DNA of 64,000 nt from Squalus acanthias (taxonomy: Eukaryota), in assembly GCA_030390025.1 (NCBI GenBank), contig CM059432.1:107200001-107264000 (forward strand), read 5' to 3'. The first letter of the stretch is position 1. Each line of letters begins with the position of its first letter. A model generated the notes under the pieces. The model searched no databases, was not told the origin of the DNA, and was given only the letters and a program-made list of their open reading frames with translations. The position numbers and the translations under genes were made by a program. Shown here in pieces: positions 11,870 through 25,793 of this stretch.

Positions 11870-14775
11870 TAAGTAAAACGATGGACAGGTGAGACCCGTT
11901 ACTTGCAATTCTTGTGCCATGTGGGAACTCCAGGATGCTTCATGTGCAAAAAGTACCTCCAGCTGCTCGAACTCAAGTTCAAGGTTTCTGAGCTTGAGGA
12001 GCAGCTGGAGGGCATACGGGAGACCGAGAATTTCCTGGAGCGCACGTTCCAGGAGGTGGTCACCCCACAGCCACGGAGAATTCAGGAGGATAGTAAGTTG
12101 GTGGGCATCCGGCAGGGAAGGAAGAGGCAGGCAGTTCAGGAATCCACTGGGAGTGTTGTACTCTCAAATTGGTTTTCAGTACTGAATGTCAATGAGGGTG
12201 ACAACACCTCGAGGGAGTGCAGTCTAGAGCACATCCACGCCACCATGGGACCAATGACTGCAGAGGGGGCAAAGTGAAATTTAGAAATTCAGTTATCATA
12301 GGGGATTCGATAGTCAGGGGAATAGATAGGCATTCCTGTAACCGCCAATGGGAGTCTTGCATGGTGTGTTGCCTCTCTGGTGCCAGGATAAAGGACATTA
12401 CTGGGTGCAGAACCTTTGGTGGGCTATAGTGTACACCCAGTAGCATAATAGCTCCTCTATTGTTCCTTAATTCTGCAAATAGATTCTGTCTCTAACGCCT
12501 CAAGTATACAGGAGGCTGAGAATTTCCTGGATCGCACGTTCCAGGAGGTGGTCACCCCGCAGCCACAGAGAATTCAGGAGGATAGTAAGTGGGTGGGCAT
12601 CCGGCAGGGTAGGACGAGGCAGGCAGTGCTGGCTTAAACAAGGAGAGGAATGGATACTTAATATTCTTGGTACAATGTGTTCAGGAAAAGTAGTGAAGGA
12701 ATAAAAGGGGGGCGGGGGGTGGCAGTATTAATCACCAAATAGAACAGAAGGGGAATAGCCAGAATTCGTGGACCATGTTGGAACCAATGACATAGGTAGG
12801 AAAAGTGTTAGGGTCCTACAGACAGAGTTTTAGGAGCTAGGGAGGAAGTTAAAGAGCAGGACCTCAGAGGTAGTAATCTCTGGATTACTCCCAGTGTCAT
12901 GTGCTAGTCATGGAGCCATAAGATAAGACAGGTTAATGTGTGGCTGGAGAAATGGTACAGGAGGGAGGGCTTCAGATTCCTGGGGCATTGGGACCAGTTC
13001 TGGGGCAGAAGGGACCTGTACAAGTTGGACGGGTTACACCTCAACAGGGCTGGGACCAATGTCCTCGTGGGGAGTGCTGTAGGGGAGGGTTTAAGCTAAT
13101 TTAGCAAGGGTATGTGCAGCAGGATGAATCATTAGAGAGGAGATACAAGGTGCATAGAGGACTGGGAGAGACAAATAATTAAAATAAAGAGTAGTTCAGA
13201 AATAGGAGGGATCAGACAGGGGTGGGGCAATGCAAGGTAGACTAAGATGGGTTTGGAGTGCATATGCATAATGCCCAGAGCATGGTAAATAAGGTTGGTG
13301 AGCTGCAGACACAAGTAGCCAAATGAGATTATGATATAGTGGCAGTACGGAGACCTGGCCCGAACAAGGGGAGGAACTGGCAATTAATATTTTTGGCTAC
13401 AATGTATTCAGGAAAAATAGTGAAGGAATAAAAGGGGGGAGGGGTGGCAGTATGATCAAAGATACTGTTACAGCACTAGAAAAGAATGATCTACTTGAGG
13501 GGTCAAAGACAGAATCTATTTGCAGAATTAAGGAACAATAGAGGAGCTTTATGCTACTGGGTGTACACTATAGACTACCAAATAGCAGGATGGAGATAGA
13601 GGAGCAAATTTGCAGGAAAATTTCAGAGAGATGCAAGAACTTTAGAGTAGTGATAATGGGGGATTTCAATTATCTCAATATAGACTGGGAAAGTAGCAGT
13701 GTAAAGGGCAAAGAGAGGGAGGAATTCCTGAAATGTGTACAAGAGATTTTTCTTCATCAGTGTGCTTCCAACCCAACGAGGAAGGAAGCAGTCCTGGATC
13801 TAGTTCTGGAGAATGAAGTGGGTAAGTGGAGCATGTTTCAGTATTTGGAGTATTTGGGAAACAGTGATCACTATCATTAGGTTTAGAGTAGTTATGGAAA
13901 AGGACAAGGAAAAATCAAATGTAAAAATACTCAACTGGAGGAGGGCTAATTTCAAAGAGTTGGAAAGGGATCTGGCCCAGATGGATTGGAATCAAAGATT
14001 TGCAGGTAAAACAGTAAATGAGAAATGGGAGGCCTTTAAGGAGGAGAAAGTTCAGGTACAGACAAGCTAGAGATCCTTGATGACTAAAGATATAGAGATT
14101 AAAATGAAACAGAAAAAGGATAAATGTTAGGTTAAGAATTCATTAGAGAACCAAGCTGAATACAAAAAGTACAGAGAACTAAAAGAGGAAATACAAGGGG
14201 CAAAGAGAATGTATGAGAACAGAAGAAGAGGATGCTGCCAATGTCACAATAAAGGGGGAGATAGTAGAGAAATTGGATAGGATAAAAATAGATAAACAGT
14301 TAAAAGGTCGGCAGTGCTCAAAGTAGAAAAGACCCCCAGTCCAGATGGGATACATCCTAGGTTACTGAAGGAAGTAAGGGTGGAAATTGCAGAGGCTCTG
14401 GCCACAAACTTCCAATCCTCCTTGGATATGGAAGTGGTGCCAGAGGATTCTAAATGTTACACACCTGATCAAAAAAGGGAAGAGGAATAATCCCTGAAAC
14501 TACAGACCAATCAGCCCAACATTGGTGGTGGGGAAGCTTTTACAGACAATAATCCAGGACAAAATTAATTGGCACTTGGAAAAATGTGTTAATAAATGAA
14601 AGCTAGCACGGATTTGTTAAAGGCAAATTGTGTTTGACTAACTTGATTGAGTTGATTGATGAAGTAACAGAGAGGGTTGATGAGGGTGGTGCGGTTGATG
14701 TTGTATATGGACTTTCAGAAGGCGTTTGATAAAGTGCCACATAATAGACCTGTTAGCAACATTGAAGCCCGTGTG
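11870..14775 (+). mobile_element. Degenerate near-full CR1 LINE with ORF1 (CxxC finger plus SGNH esterase) and 5' ORF2
   Basis: CNSCAMW and coiled coil, VIIGDSIVRG, CCLSGARIKD, DLYKLDGLHLN (esterase), then YRLPNS, MGDFNY and DFQKAFDKVPH. Confidence 0.85.
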
Positions 14776-15121
14776 CTGCCATTCCTTGTGGACTTGACCT
14801 TTATTTGGTTTTGAAGGGGGCCTTTTCCAACTCGGGTTCCTGGTTTGAGCTTTGACTCTGTTTTACTGATGATTGACTGTGGCCTTTTCTAACGCTGTTG
14901 TCTGTCATTGTGGCTATGGTTTGGTTGCAGACTGCTTGAGCTGCTCCACTTGTATAACACGTGGTGTAACCTCATTCTCGGGTCTCTCTACAAGTGGTGG
15001 CTTTAGTTTTATTTGCAGGCGTCTCTGGTTTCTCCTAAAGCCAGTCACTATTGCATTTTTGTTAGGATCCATTTCCTTTTCCCTGTTGGTGAGGCTCTGA
15101 CAACTTCTCCTCTGAGGTGAT

Positions 15122-15537
15122 TTTTAAAAATTAATTCTCGGGATGTGAGCGTCACTGGCATTTATTGCTCATCCCTAGTTACCCTGAGAAGGTGGTGGTG
15201 GGTCGTCTTCTTGAAGGGCTGAAAACGGTTTGATACAATTTAATAGCTTGCTTGGCCACTTCAGAGGGCAATTAAGAATCAACTGCGGGTCTGGAGTCAC
15301 ATGTAGGCCAGACTGGGTAAGGGTGGCAGGTTTCCTTCCCTAAAGGACATTAGTGAACCAGTTGGGTTTTTACGACAGTCTGACAGCTTCATGGCCACAT
15401 TTACTGATACCAGTTTTTTTTATTTCAAAACTAAATTCAAATTCTCAAAGTGCCATGGTGGGATTTGAACTCTCGTTCTCCAGGGTTATTAGTCCAGGCC
15501 TCTGGATTACTACTGCAGTAACATAACTACTACACCA
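15122..15537 (-). mobile_element. tRNA-derived SINE family 2 (tail shared with the LINE at 28063)
   Basis: A-box-like ggtgtagtag and B box gttcaaatccc on -; core aaaaacccaactggttcactaatgtcctttagggaagg; further copies at 16870-17262 (-), 55580-57290 (+, split) and 57727-57930 (+). Confidence 0.85.
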
Positions 15538-15625
15538 ATATTTCTCAGTTGTTGCTTCTCTTGTACATCACTTACTATGCTTCAGAAGTTGGCTCATCGT
15601 AAGGAGCAGTGTCTTAGTTCAAATA

Positions 15626-16039
15626 CAGGAAACTCTTTATTAACCGGCACCGACGGGACCGGCGTGGTGCCGGTTGATCAAAAAGTCCGGATTACAGGGA
15701 GGTATACTTACCAAGGTACGAGAGCCCCATACACGGCCACAGGTGCAGGAGCCCCGGTTACATGGCCACAGATCCAGGAGTCCCTGGTGCACGGCCACAG
15801 GTGCAGGAACCCCGGTTACATGGCCACGGATTCAGGAGTCCCTGGTGCACGGCCACAGGTGCAGGAACCCCGGTTACATGGCCACAGATCCAGGAGTCCC
15901 TGGTGCACGGCCACAGGTGCAGGAACCCCGGTTACACGGCCACTAATATATAGTAAAACTTACCTGAACCTACTCCTGAATTTTGCCGGTTAAGAGAGAT
16001 TTCCGGATATTTAGGTGTCGGTTAAAAGAGAGTTTCCTG
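15626..16039. mobile_element. Tc1/mariner-pogo (Tigger-like) MITE
   Basis: 26-bp TIRs CAGGAAACTCTTTATTAACCGGCACC / CAGGAAACTCTCTTTTAACCGACACC flanked by TA (15624-25, 16040-41). Confidence 0.85.
15732..15943. repeat. 58-bp minisatellite (dimer of 29-bp subunits), about 3.6 copies, inside the MITE
   Basis: cacggccacaggtgcagg recurs at 15732, 15790, 15848 and 15906. Confidence 0.95.
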
Positions 16040-16869
16040 TAGTTGGTGAGCTTGTAAACTGGCCAATATCACTTGATGTATTATATCAGTCGAGAAGGGC
16101 CAGGAAAGGGTTAGTTTTCTGGCATTGCATGCTTTTCCAAGAGTGCCTTTGCAATTCTAGCAGTGTTCTCTGGATACCTTTAATATTTCTATTACCTTGA
16201 TGATATAACTGAACTCATACTGTGCAAATTCTTGGAATTCCCTCGAGTTAAACGGTCTAATATAATCTCACTTGGAATGTTGTGGTGTGCAGAATGAATT
16301 TTAGCTTGGACTTTCTCTTTTTATCAATCTGTCAATTTAAAAGAAAACAGAACATGAGAGATAATCTCTTTACCCGCTTCAAACAGATCATGTACTACTT
16401 TCTTCCAGAGACCTTCTGGTATTTAATGGCTGTTGAGGCATCCTTTTGCTGTTTAGCTTGAAATTGTTTGCATATATCCTGCCTAGACATGTATATATCA
16501 ATGTCCTTATACATCGGAGATCAGTAAATCACTTCTCTAGCTCTTTGAAAATGACCTTGCATTCTGATTTTGTTCATGTGAACTTTGCTTCATCTCTTCT
16601 CTCACATTCAGTGGTAACTACTCAACCTTTCCTTGAGCATCAGTTTGCTCAGATTCTCTTTTGTTGAAATATACATCCATCAAGGAGATATTTCCTCTCT
16701 TGTGTCAGGTCATTCTTTATAAATTATAAATTTCAACAATACCAAGCCCTCATCTGCTCCAGTAACTTTAGTCTTTCCATCTTGTTATTGTTATTGGTCC
16801 CAATCTCTTTCTGCTTCAAAGCATCTGCCAATAGGCATGAATCCCATACCTGCCACTGACACCAGAAGA

Positions 16870-17262
16870 TTTTTTTGTTAAACTAATTCTCAGAATGTCA
16901 CTGGCAAGCCTGGAATTGCCTAGTTGACCTGAGCACATGGTGGTGTGCCTCTATGTAGTAGTTTTGATGCACCTGAGTGGCTTGCTAGGCCATTTCAGAG
17001 GGCAGTTAATAGTCAACCACATTGGCGTAGGACTGGAGTCACATATAGGCCAGACCAGATGAGGACAGAAGATTTCTTTCCCTAAAGGACAATAATGAAC
17101 CAGTTCAGTTTTTAAGACAATCCAACAGTTTCATGGTCACTTTTTACTCGATACCAGATTTATTTTCAAACTGAATTAAAATTCTCAAACTGTCATGGTG
17201 GGATTTGAACTCATGATTTTTGGATTATTAGTTCAGTAACATAACTACTACATTATCGTACC
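16870..17262 (-). mobile_element. tRNA-derived SINE family 2
   Basis: Aligns along its length with 15122-15537. Confidence 0.8.
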
Positions 17263-17417
17263 AAGTGGAAAAAGGTGTTTACCTTTCTTGTAGACGGCAT
17301 TGAGTTTGTATTTTTGCAGATGTGACATTACTCTTGGAGCTGTTTGAGGGGAAACAATTTGTGTTTTGCCCCAAAATTGCTTCAAGCGGCTTGTAATTAT
17401 CTTCCACAATAATATCT

Positions 17418-18369
17418 AGACTTGAATATAGGGGGTATGATTAAGAAGTTTGCAGCTGATACTAAAATCGACTGTGTGGTTGATACTGAAGAAGGAAGCT
17501 GTAGACTGCAGGAAGATATCAATAAATCGGTCAGGCGGGCAGAACAGTGGCAAATGGAATTCAATCCGGAGAAGTGTGAGGTAATGCATTTGGGGAGGGC
17601 GAACAAGGAAAGGGAATACACATTAAATGGTAGGACACTGAGTAGTGTAGAGGAACAAAGGGATCCTGGAGTGCATGTCCACAGATCCCTGAAGGTAGCA
17701 GGCCAGGTAGATAAGGTGGTTAAGAAGGCATACGGAATGCTTGCCTTTATTAGCCGTGGCATAGAATACAAGAGCAGGGGGGTTATGCTTCAACTGTATA
17801 AAACACGAGTTAGGCCTCAGCTAGAGTACTGTGTGCAGTTCTGGTCACCACATTACAGGAAAGATGTGATTGCACTAGAGAGGGTACAGAGGAGATTTAC
17901 AAGGATGTTGCCAGGAGTAGAGAATCTTAGCTATGAGGAAAGACTGGATAGGCTGGGTTTGTTTTCCTTGGAACAGAGGAGGCTGAGGGGAGACCTTATT
18001 GAGGTGTATAAAATTATGAGAGGCCTAGATAAAGTGGATAGAAAGGGCCTATTTCCCTTAGAAGAGGGGTCAAAAACCAAGGGGCACAGATTTAAAGTAA
18101 TTGGTGGAAGGTTTAGAGGGGATTTGAGGGGAAATTTCTTCACCCAGAGGGTTGTGGGAGTCTGGAACTCGCTGCCTGAAAGGGTGGTAGAGGCAGAAAC
18201 CCTAACCACATTTAAAAAGTACTTGGATGTGCACTTGGGATGCTGTAACCTGCAGGGCTACGGACCAAGAGCTGGGAAGTGGGATTAGGCTGGATAGCTC
18301 TTTGTTGGCCGGCGCAGACACGATGGGCCAAAATGGCCTCCTTCCATGCTGTAACTTTCTATGATTCTA
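17418..18369 (+). mobile_element. 5'-truncated CR1 LINE (RT C-terminus plus 3' UTR)
   Basis: ORF 17422-18288 ([17 protein letters not shown]), tail ctatgattctat. Confidence 0.93.
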
Positions 18370-18418
18370 TATTCTTCCCAAAGATGCACCGCTCGAATTC
18401 CTTCAATCCAAAAAGGAT

Positions 18419-19073
18419 GGTAGATAAGGTGGTTAAGAAGGCATATTTTCCTTTATTAGCTGAGGTATAGAATATAAGAGCAGGGAGGTTATGCTTGAAC
18501 TGTATAAAACAATAGTTCGGCCTCAGCTAGAGTACTACGTACAGTTCTGGTAACCACATTACAGGAAAGATGTGATTGCACTAGAGAGGGTGCAGAGGAG
18601 ATTTACAAGGATGTTGCCAGGACTGCAGAATTCTAGCTATGAGGAAAGGTTGGATAGGCTGGGGTTGTTTTCTTTGGAACAGAGGAGGTTGAGGGGAGAC
18701 TTAATTGAGGTGTATAAAATTATGAGGGGCCTAGATAGAGTGGATAGGAAGGACCTATTTCCCTTAACAGAAGGGTCAATAACCAGGGGGCATCGATTTA
18801 AAGTAAGTGGTAGAAGGATTAGAGGGGAGTTGAGAACTTTTTTCACCCAGAGGGGGGTGGGGGTCTGGAACTCACTGCCTGAAAGGGTGGTAGAGGCAGA
18901 AATCCTCATCACATTTAAGAAGTACTTGGATATGCACTTGAAGTGCCGTAACCTACAAGGCTATGGACCAAGAGCAGGAAAGTGGGATTCGGCTGGATAG
19001 CTCTTTTTCGGCCGGCACAGACATGATGGGCTGAATGGCCTCCTTCTGTGCCATAAATTTCTATGATTCTATG
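18419..19073 (+). mobile_element. 5'-truncated CR1 LINE, same family as the neighbour
   Basis: ORF 18572-19000, tail ctatgattctatga; separated from the previous copy by about 50 bp of Gypsy RNase H. Confidence 0.93.
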
Positions 19074-20294
19074 AACCCCCGGCCTGATTTTCTTGCATGA
19101 GGCACACTGCCAGTCCTCTTTCAGATGAGCCACACTGCACCCTTGCTAATATCCAAGTATTTTTGAAAATACTGACAAAACTCAATCATTTTTGTCCAAA
19201 CTTTGGCATGGTATTGGCTGCTTTAATTCTGTCACAATATTAAAGATTTATAAACCAGCTTAACTCAATATAATGTTGCAACAAGTTTTGGTCTCTGGGT
19301 AGTTTATTTGATGGAGTCAAGCCACTTAATATGTGAATTGTTCATATAAGCCCTACCCTGCCCTGGATCTCCGACATGGATCCACAACCTCTATTCATGA
19401 GGCGGGTATGCCTTATCCCACAGGGTGTACCAGCATCCAAAGATGCACTGACCTTCTGAGAGGTCGAGATCTTGGGGGGTTTCTAACATAGGGAGGCTTC
19501 ATCCTGGCCCCCGCCTCATCTGCAGCACTGTCCTTGTAAGGGGTGGGTGGAAGTTCTGCTCCGTATGAGGCTCTACTGGAACCCCCAGTGCAGCCTGGGA
19601 CCAGTATCCAGGTCCTGATCTATAGAAACTTTTTTCAATTCTTAGGAGATAGTAAAATTTAAAGAAATGCTGTAACTATATATTTTATGTTTCTGCTATT
19701 ATTTGCTTGTTTATTTATTTCCTAATAAACACATTTGGCACAAAGTCTAATTGAGGGACTGGTGTGAGTATTATTGTCCAACTTTTGAAGACAAGGAGTA
19801 TGGGAACTAATAGCTGAAGAAATATAAAGATGGTTCTCTGCTCTTTATCGTGAGTTCACTGTGATATTTTATCGAGATACCTGGGCAAGTGGAAGCATTA
19901 TTCGAAAACATAAGGAGAGAACAGCCCGAAATTCACAAGCCATAAAATATCTAGAGTAAAATAGGTAAAGGAACCCAAAGATGTTTCAGAGATTATCTTC
20001 TTGCCTCATCCAGATGCTTCTCACAGTGTCATCCCATCTCTGCAGAGGAGCAGGTATCTCTTGCAGCGTCGGGTTAGGTGTTTGGCGGGTTCTGGACCCG
20101 CTCCCGGTTCCAGCTGCTCTGCGCTAACGATTTTGCGTAGATTGGGCTTATTAAGTGTTACCCGGCCCAATCAGTGGGTGCGGGTCTGCTGCTCGCCTGT
20201 GATGACGCATTTGAAGCAGTTGTATTTAAGGGGGCCGTGTACGCTTTGCCTTTCATTTACATTTTGATGCTCCTGAGTGCTGGTGTTTGCCGAG

Positions 20295-23200
20295 ATGACT
20301 GCTCCCCGTTTTGATGATGACTCCCTCCATGTTCTTGTGGAGGGAGTAAGAGGGCGCAAGGATGGAAGGAGGAAGCATCCTCAGCACACCAAGGCAGCCT
20401 GGCTGCAAATAGCTGAGGAGGTGAGTGTGAGGTCTATCTGTACACGCACCTGGGTCCAGTGTAGGAAGAGGTTCAGTGATCTCCTGCGTTCAGCAAAAGT
20501 GAGTATAACAGCACACTTAACTTCATTCTGCTGTGCCTGTCATCACATCCCCATCACTCTGCATTGCCAGCCCTACTCCTGCACATCCTAACTCACCCCA
20601 ACATCCCTTGCACCGTCACCCACCCCTCTCTCCCTATGTACAGAATCACATCCCCATCTTACTATGCACCCCTCACACTCACTCTCAATGTTATGCAATG
20701 ATAACAACTAACAACTCACAAGGAGGGAAATTGGTATTGGCACCTCACTCCATCATAGTCTCCCTCCGAACATCTATCCTATCCATTCTTTACACTCATT
20801 CCATCACTCTCACTAAAACTGCACTTCTGTCCCTCATTGCAGGAAAAGAGAGCCCACAATAAGAGGGAGGGAGAGAACATGAGGAGGACCACCATCCGTG
20901 ACGCAGCTCACCCACGCTGAGGAGGCAGCTCTGGACATTGTTGGAGGTGCTCAGGAGCTTGAAGTGGGGGACGGAGAGACGGGCTCAGCCGAACAACCTG
21001 GTGACAGAATTATTTTCCAAACATCTGATTTGTCATTCAGGAGTGACTCATATGGGATCTGATGTTCCTAGAAATTGAGTGCTAATTATGTGCACAATGG
21101 GATGTGTCTGCAACCTACGTATCACATGTTTAAATCATGTCTTTACTCTCCCACAGGACCATCAAGAGCCCCCCCTCCTTACTGTCCAGGAGGAACAGCA
21201 GGAGGACTCCTCAGAGGAACCTCCAGACTCTGAGGGAGCAGCGTCAGCAGAAATAAGCACACCCTGCACCAGCGCAGAGACGCACACCTCGGTGAGTCCA
21301 ACGCGAGATAGATTGGTGTTGTCACCTGGTGTCTCACAACTTACAAGTGAGCAAGAGCAGATGAGGGAGACAGGGACAGCAGTGAAGAGTTCTTGTCGGA
21401 GGCTGCAGGACTCTCCTGGCTTTGCTGAGCTGCATGTAGACGCTGAGCTTCGGGGGCCATCCAGAAAGAGAGCGGTGCTGGAGTTTCAGGAACCGGTGCA
21501 GGAGGCTCTGACTGGGTTTGCAACCATGGTCACTGCGAGTATGCAGAGAATGGAGGAGTCCATCTCAAATATGAGCAGTGCCATGGTGCAGGCTCTGGCA
21601 AATGTAGGTCCCGCCATGGAAAGGATGGCAACCTCCATGGAGGACATAAATCGCCAGACTCGGGAGAACATGCTAAAACTTCTAAATAGATGGTCAGCTA
21701 TGGAGGATAGATGGGCATCTATCGAGGAGAGAAACCAGTGGTTCATGGACATAGAAACATAGAAGATAGGAGCAGGAGTAGGCCATTCGGCCCCTCGAGC
21801 CTGCTCCGCCATTCAATGAGATCATGGCTGATCATCCAAATTCAGTACCCTGTCCCTGCTTTCTCCCCATATCCCTTGATCCCTTTAGCCTTAAGAAATA
21901 TATCTAACTCCTTCTCGAATATATTTAATGAATTGACCTCAACTGCCTTCTGTGGTAGAGAATTCCACAGGTTCACCACTCTCTGGGTGAAGAAATTGCT
22001 CCTCATCTCAGTCCTAAATGGCTTACCCCTTATCCTTAGACTGTGACCCCTGGTTCTGGACTCCCCCACCATCAGGAACATCCTTCCTGCATCTAGTCTG
22101 TCTAGTCCTGTTAGAATTTTATAAGTTTCAATGAGATCCCCTCTCATTCTTCTAAACTCTAGCGAATACAAGCCCAATCGTCCCAATCTCTCTTCATACG
22201 TCATTCCTGCCATCCCAGGTATCAGTCTGGTGAATCTTCGCTGCACTCCCTCCATGGCAAGAACATCCTTCCTCAGATAAGGCGACCAAAACTGCACACA
22301 ATACTCAAGGTGTGGTCTCACCAAGGCCCTGTACAACTGCAGCAAGACATCCTTGCTCCTGTACTCGAATCCTCTCGCTATGAAGGCCAACATACCATTT
22401 GCCTTCTTAACCGCCTGCTGCACCTGCATGCTTACCTTCAACGACTGGTGCACAAGGACTCCCAGGTCTCGTTGCACTTCCGCTTTTCCCAATCTATTGC
22501 CGTTCAGATAATAATCTGCCTTCCTGTTTTTGCCACCAAAGTGGATAACCTTGCATTTATCCACATTATACTGCATCTGCCATGCATCTGCCCAATCACC
22601 CAACTTGTCCAAATTATACTGGAGTTTCTCTGCATCCTCCTCACAACACACACGCCCACCCAGCTTTGTGTCATCTGCAAACTTGGAGATATTACATCTA
22701 GTTCCCTCGTCTAGATCATTAATATATATTGTGAATAGCTGGGGTCCTAGCACCAATCCCTGCGGTACCCCACTAGTCACTGCCTGCCACTCGGAAAAAG
22801 ACCCGTTTATTCCAACTCTTTGTTTCCTGTCTGCCAACCAGTTCTCTATCCAAGTCAATACCTTACCCCCAATCCCATGTGCTTTAACTTTGCACGCTAA
22901 TCTCTTATGCGGGACCTTATCGAAAGCCTTCTGAAAGTCCAAATACACCACATCCACTGGTTCTCCCTTATCTATTCTACCAGTTACATCCTCAAAAAAT
23001 TCCAGTAGATTAGTCAATAATCCTTGTTATGAGGAATGTCAGCACAGACATGGGTCCTCATGGCCACACTGATGTGCAGCAAGCTGATCTCCAGCAACTT
23101 GGTGGCAAAGAAGTGCGGGTGGCCCATGAGAGGGATGGTGGTGGAAGGGGACATGGAAGTGGGGGCTCCTCTCCAAGCGCTCACACATTGCCAACCCCTC

Positions 23201-23475
23201 GGTCAGAGCCCCAGATGCCTCCCCCAACAGAGATGGCCGAGTCTGCCCCTGCACAGCCTCAGGAAGAGCAGACTTTGGCGGGGCCCTCACAGGCTCCAAG
23301 ACCCAGAGGACGACCGCCAAATGCAACTAAGCAGGCGCAGCAGGGAAGTGAGCAGGCTGCCTCTGCATCTGCTGCAGGCACAAGGGGAGCACCACGCAGC
23401 AGCACGCATAAGAGAAAGCTAACACATAAATGGTCAAGTGTAGTCACTTGGGTGCTTTCATATAAATCAGTGTAA
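20295..23475 (+). pseudogene. Harbinger Myb/SANT-like (trihelix) DNA-binding gene, 3 exons, disrupted
   Basis: Exon 1 20295-20498 (APRFDDDSL..AAWLQIAEEVS..RTWVQCRKRFSDL, donor gtgagt); exon 2 20843-21000 (EKRAHNKRE.., frameshift); exon 3 from 21157, interrupted by CR1 at 21750-23018. Confidence 0.85.
21750..23018 (-). mobile_element. Young 5'-truncated CR1 LINE inside the Harbinger Myb gene
   Basis: Uninterrupted 391-aa RT ORF 21842-23017; tail ctatgtttctatg; removing it restores F-M-E-I-L-V-M-R in frame, with no TSD. Confidence 0.95.
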
Positions 23476-23716
23476 CGTTTGTGTACTTTTATTTTATTGT
23501 ATTAAAGTTATGTCATGTGAATGTTTCAATGCGCTGCCCTATGTATGCTCACAATTGGAAATGGCACAGCGAGGGGTGAGGGCGCCTTTCATCTGAAGCA
23601 ATGGTGGTGAAAGGGTTAGGAATGCACAGTTCATTGTAGAGCTGCTCTATGGTGTGGAACTGGGGTCATGCAAACTTCATGTGCATGTGGCAGCTACATG
23701 TCTGTGATGCCTAAAG

Positions 23717-24941
23717 TTAGTTGAACCTGGCATGGATTAGGCCATCCCTTGCCTGACGGGCAGCAATGTGCTCGCATGCTGGTCGCACTGGGTCAGCCGC
23801 CTCCTCCAGGTGTTCCTCATCTGCAACCTCATTCGGCTCTTCCTCCTCCTCCTCCTTCTCCTCTGAAGAGGCTGTGCGCTCTGCGACCTGTTCCTCAGGC
23901 AGCGCTAATCCCCGTTGCAGAGCAATATTGTGCAGGGCACAGCAGACCACGATGACTCTCGAGATCCTGGCTGGTGCGTATTTAGGCCTCCACCAGATAT
24001 GTCCAGGCATCTGAAGCGCATTTTGAGCAACCCTATTGTTTGCTCAATGACACTTCTGGTGGAAATGTAGCTCTGATTGTCGCACTCCTCAGACTCGTTT
24101 GATGGCCTCCTCATCAGCGTCATTAGCCATGTCTTCAGGAGATAGCCCTTGTCTCCAAGGAGCAATCCGGAAAGAGCTGAGGCACAGTGGACTGGTGCAG
24201 GATGAAAGAGTCATGGCAGCTGCCAGGGTACTTGGTGCACACATGCATGATGCTCTTCCTGTGGTTACACACCAGCTGGACGTTAAGGGAGTGGAAGCCC
24301 TTGCGGTTGACAAATACTGCTGGGTTATGATGGGGTGCCCTGATGGCCACATGTGTGCAGTCATGACGCCCTGCACCCATGGAAAGCCAGCCAGAGCGGC
24401 AAAGCCTAGCGCCTGCGCGGTAACACTTGCTTCATCAGTTGAAAAGTGGATGTAATTGGTGGACTTTGCAAAGAGGGCATCGGTGACCTGCGTGATGCAT
24501 CTGTGGATGGCCGACTGGGAGATGCCGCTGATGTCTGCTGCTGATCCCTGGAAGGAGCCTGACGCAAAGAAGTTGAGGGCAGTGGTGACTTTGACAGCCA
24601 CTGGTAAGGGGTGTCCACCCGCTCCTCTGGACTGCAGGTCTTGGTCCAGCATTGTGCAGATGTCTGCGACTACCTCTCGCGAAAGTCTCAGCCTCCTTTG
24701 GCACTGCTGCTCAGTCATGTTGAGGAAACTCATCCTCTGCCTGTAAACCCTGTGTTGGGGGTATCTCCTGCTGCGCGGTGCAGCCCTGCTGACGGCCTCT
24801 GCCCTGTGCAGCATCAGGCGGTTGAGGAGAAGGTTGGCGCTCTTGTTGGTGCTGCTGCTGCTGTGCCTGGTTCTGCTGCTGCCGCGGATGATCCTCTTCC
24901 GAAACTCAGGATCAGGATGAGAGAGTATAAACGGTTCCCAT
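23717..24941 (-). pseudogene. Harbinger DDE transposase (HARBI1-family), frameshifted
   Basis: [70 protein letters not shown] and CCALHN spread over several frames. Confidence 0.92.
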
Positions 24942-25793
24942 TCTGCTGTTATATCTGGCAGTTGAGGATGAGATGCTATCAGGAGTAAGTCAATGTGGAG
25001 AGAGCTTATTCCGGGGAGGTGACAGTGCATATAGAGTTCACAGCACACACTTACAACTTCAATACAGATCAAAGGTGTCATCCAAATCATGAACTCAGCA
25101 ACTTCGGCCATTTGAAAATGAACTGATGTGCGAGGTTAGGTTTTATGCAGCAGTTGCAGCTGTGAATTATTCAGCTCGTCGGAAGACCCAACACACTCAG
25201 CTGGCATGTTTGCCGAATGGCGTGAAACACGTTGAAAATGTGTGAAAATAGAATAAGCCTGGTAAAATAGCATTTAACAAGGAGTTAACTACCTTAAGTG
25301 CCTCTCCCGCCGCTTGGTGTCGGGTCTGGTCTGAAGTCGCAGACCCGGCACTTTGGAAACTGGCGTGGAGGCGGGTTCGTGGCGGGATCCCAACCCGCCG
25401 TCAATTATTTTGAATTTAACACCTGACCTGCCTCCAAACCCGCCCTCTGAGTGCTGGCAAAATCGCGGCCAATGATTGAAACAGACCACAGCCCCGATTT
25501 TAACATCCTGGCGACTTTTAAATATAGTTTCGACAGGTGGTTGAAGGAAAGGGGGAATAAAGGGTTACAGGAGCAGGGCGAGCATTTGGGATTAGGAGTA
25601 TTACTCATATGGAGGATAAACACCAGTGTGAACTGGTTGGGCCAAATGGCCTGTATCTATATTATAATTTCTATGTAATTACCTGCAATTCTTTGCAGCT
25701 AACTGACTCAGACAGTTAGTCATTCCAAGAATTCTTTGGATGCCTTGTTTCAATGGAAGAAGGTCTCAACTAGCCTGGATCTGATTTTAGTCT

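Larger units (their letters stand above)
20061..25470. mobile_element. PIF/Harbinger transposon copy 1 (Myb gene +, transposase -), left TIR lost, CR1 inserted
   Basis: Right end gcaaaatcgcggcc at 25470 with subterminal GGCGGG motifs; convergent two-gene layout. Confidence 0.9.
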
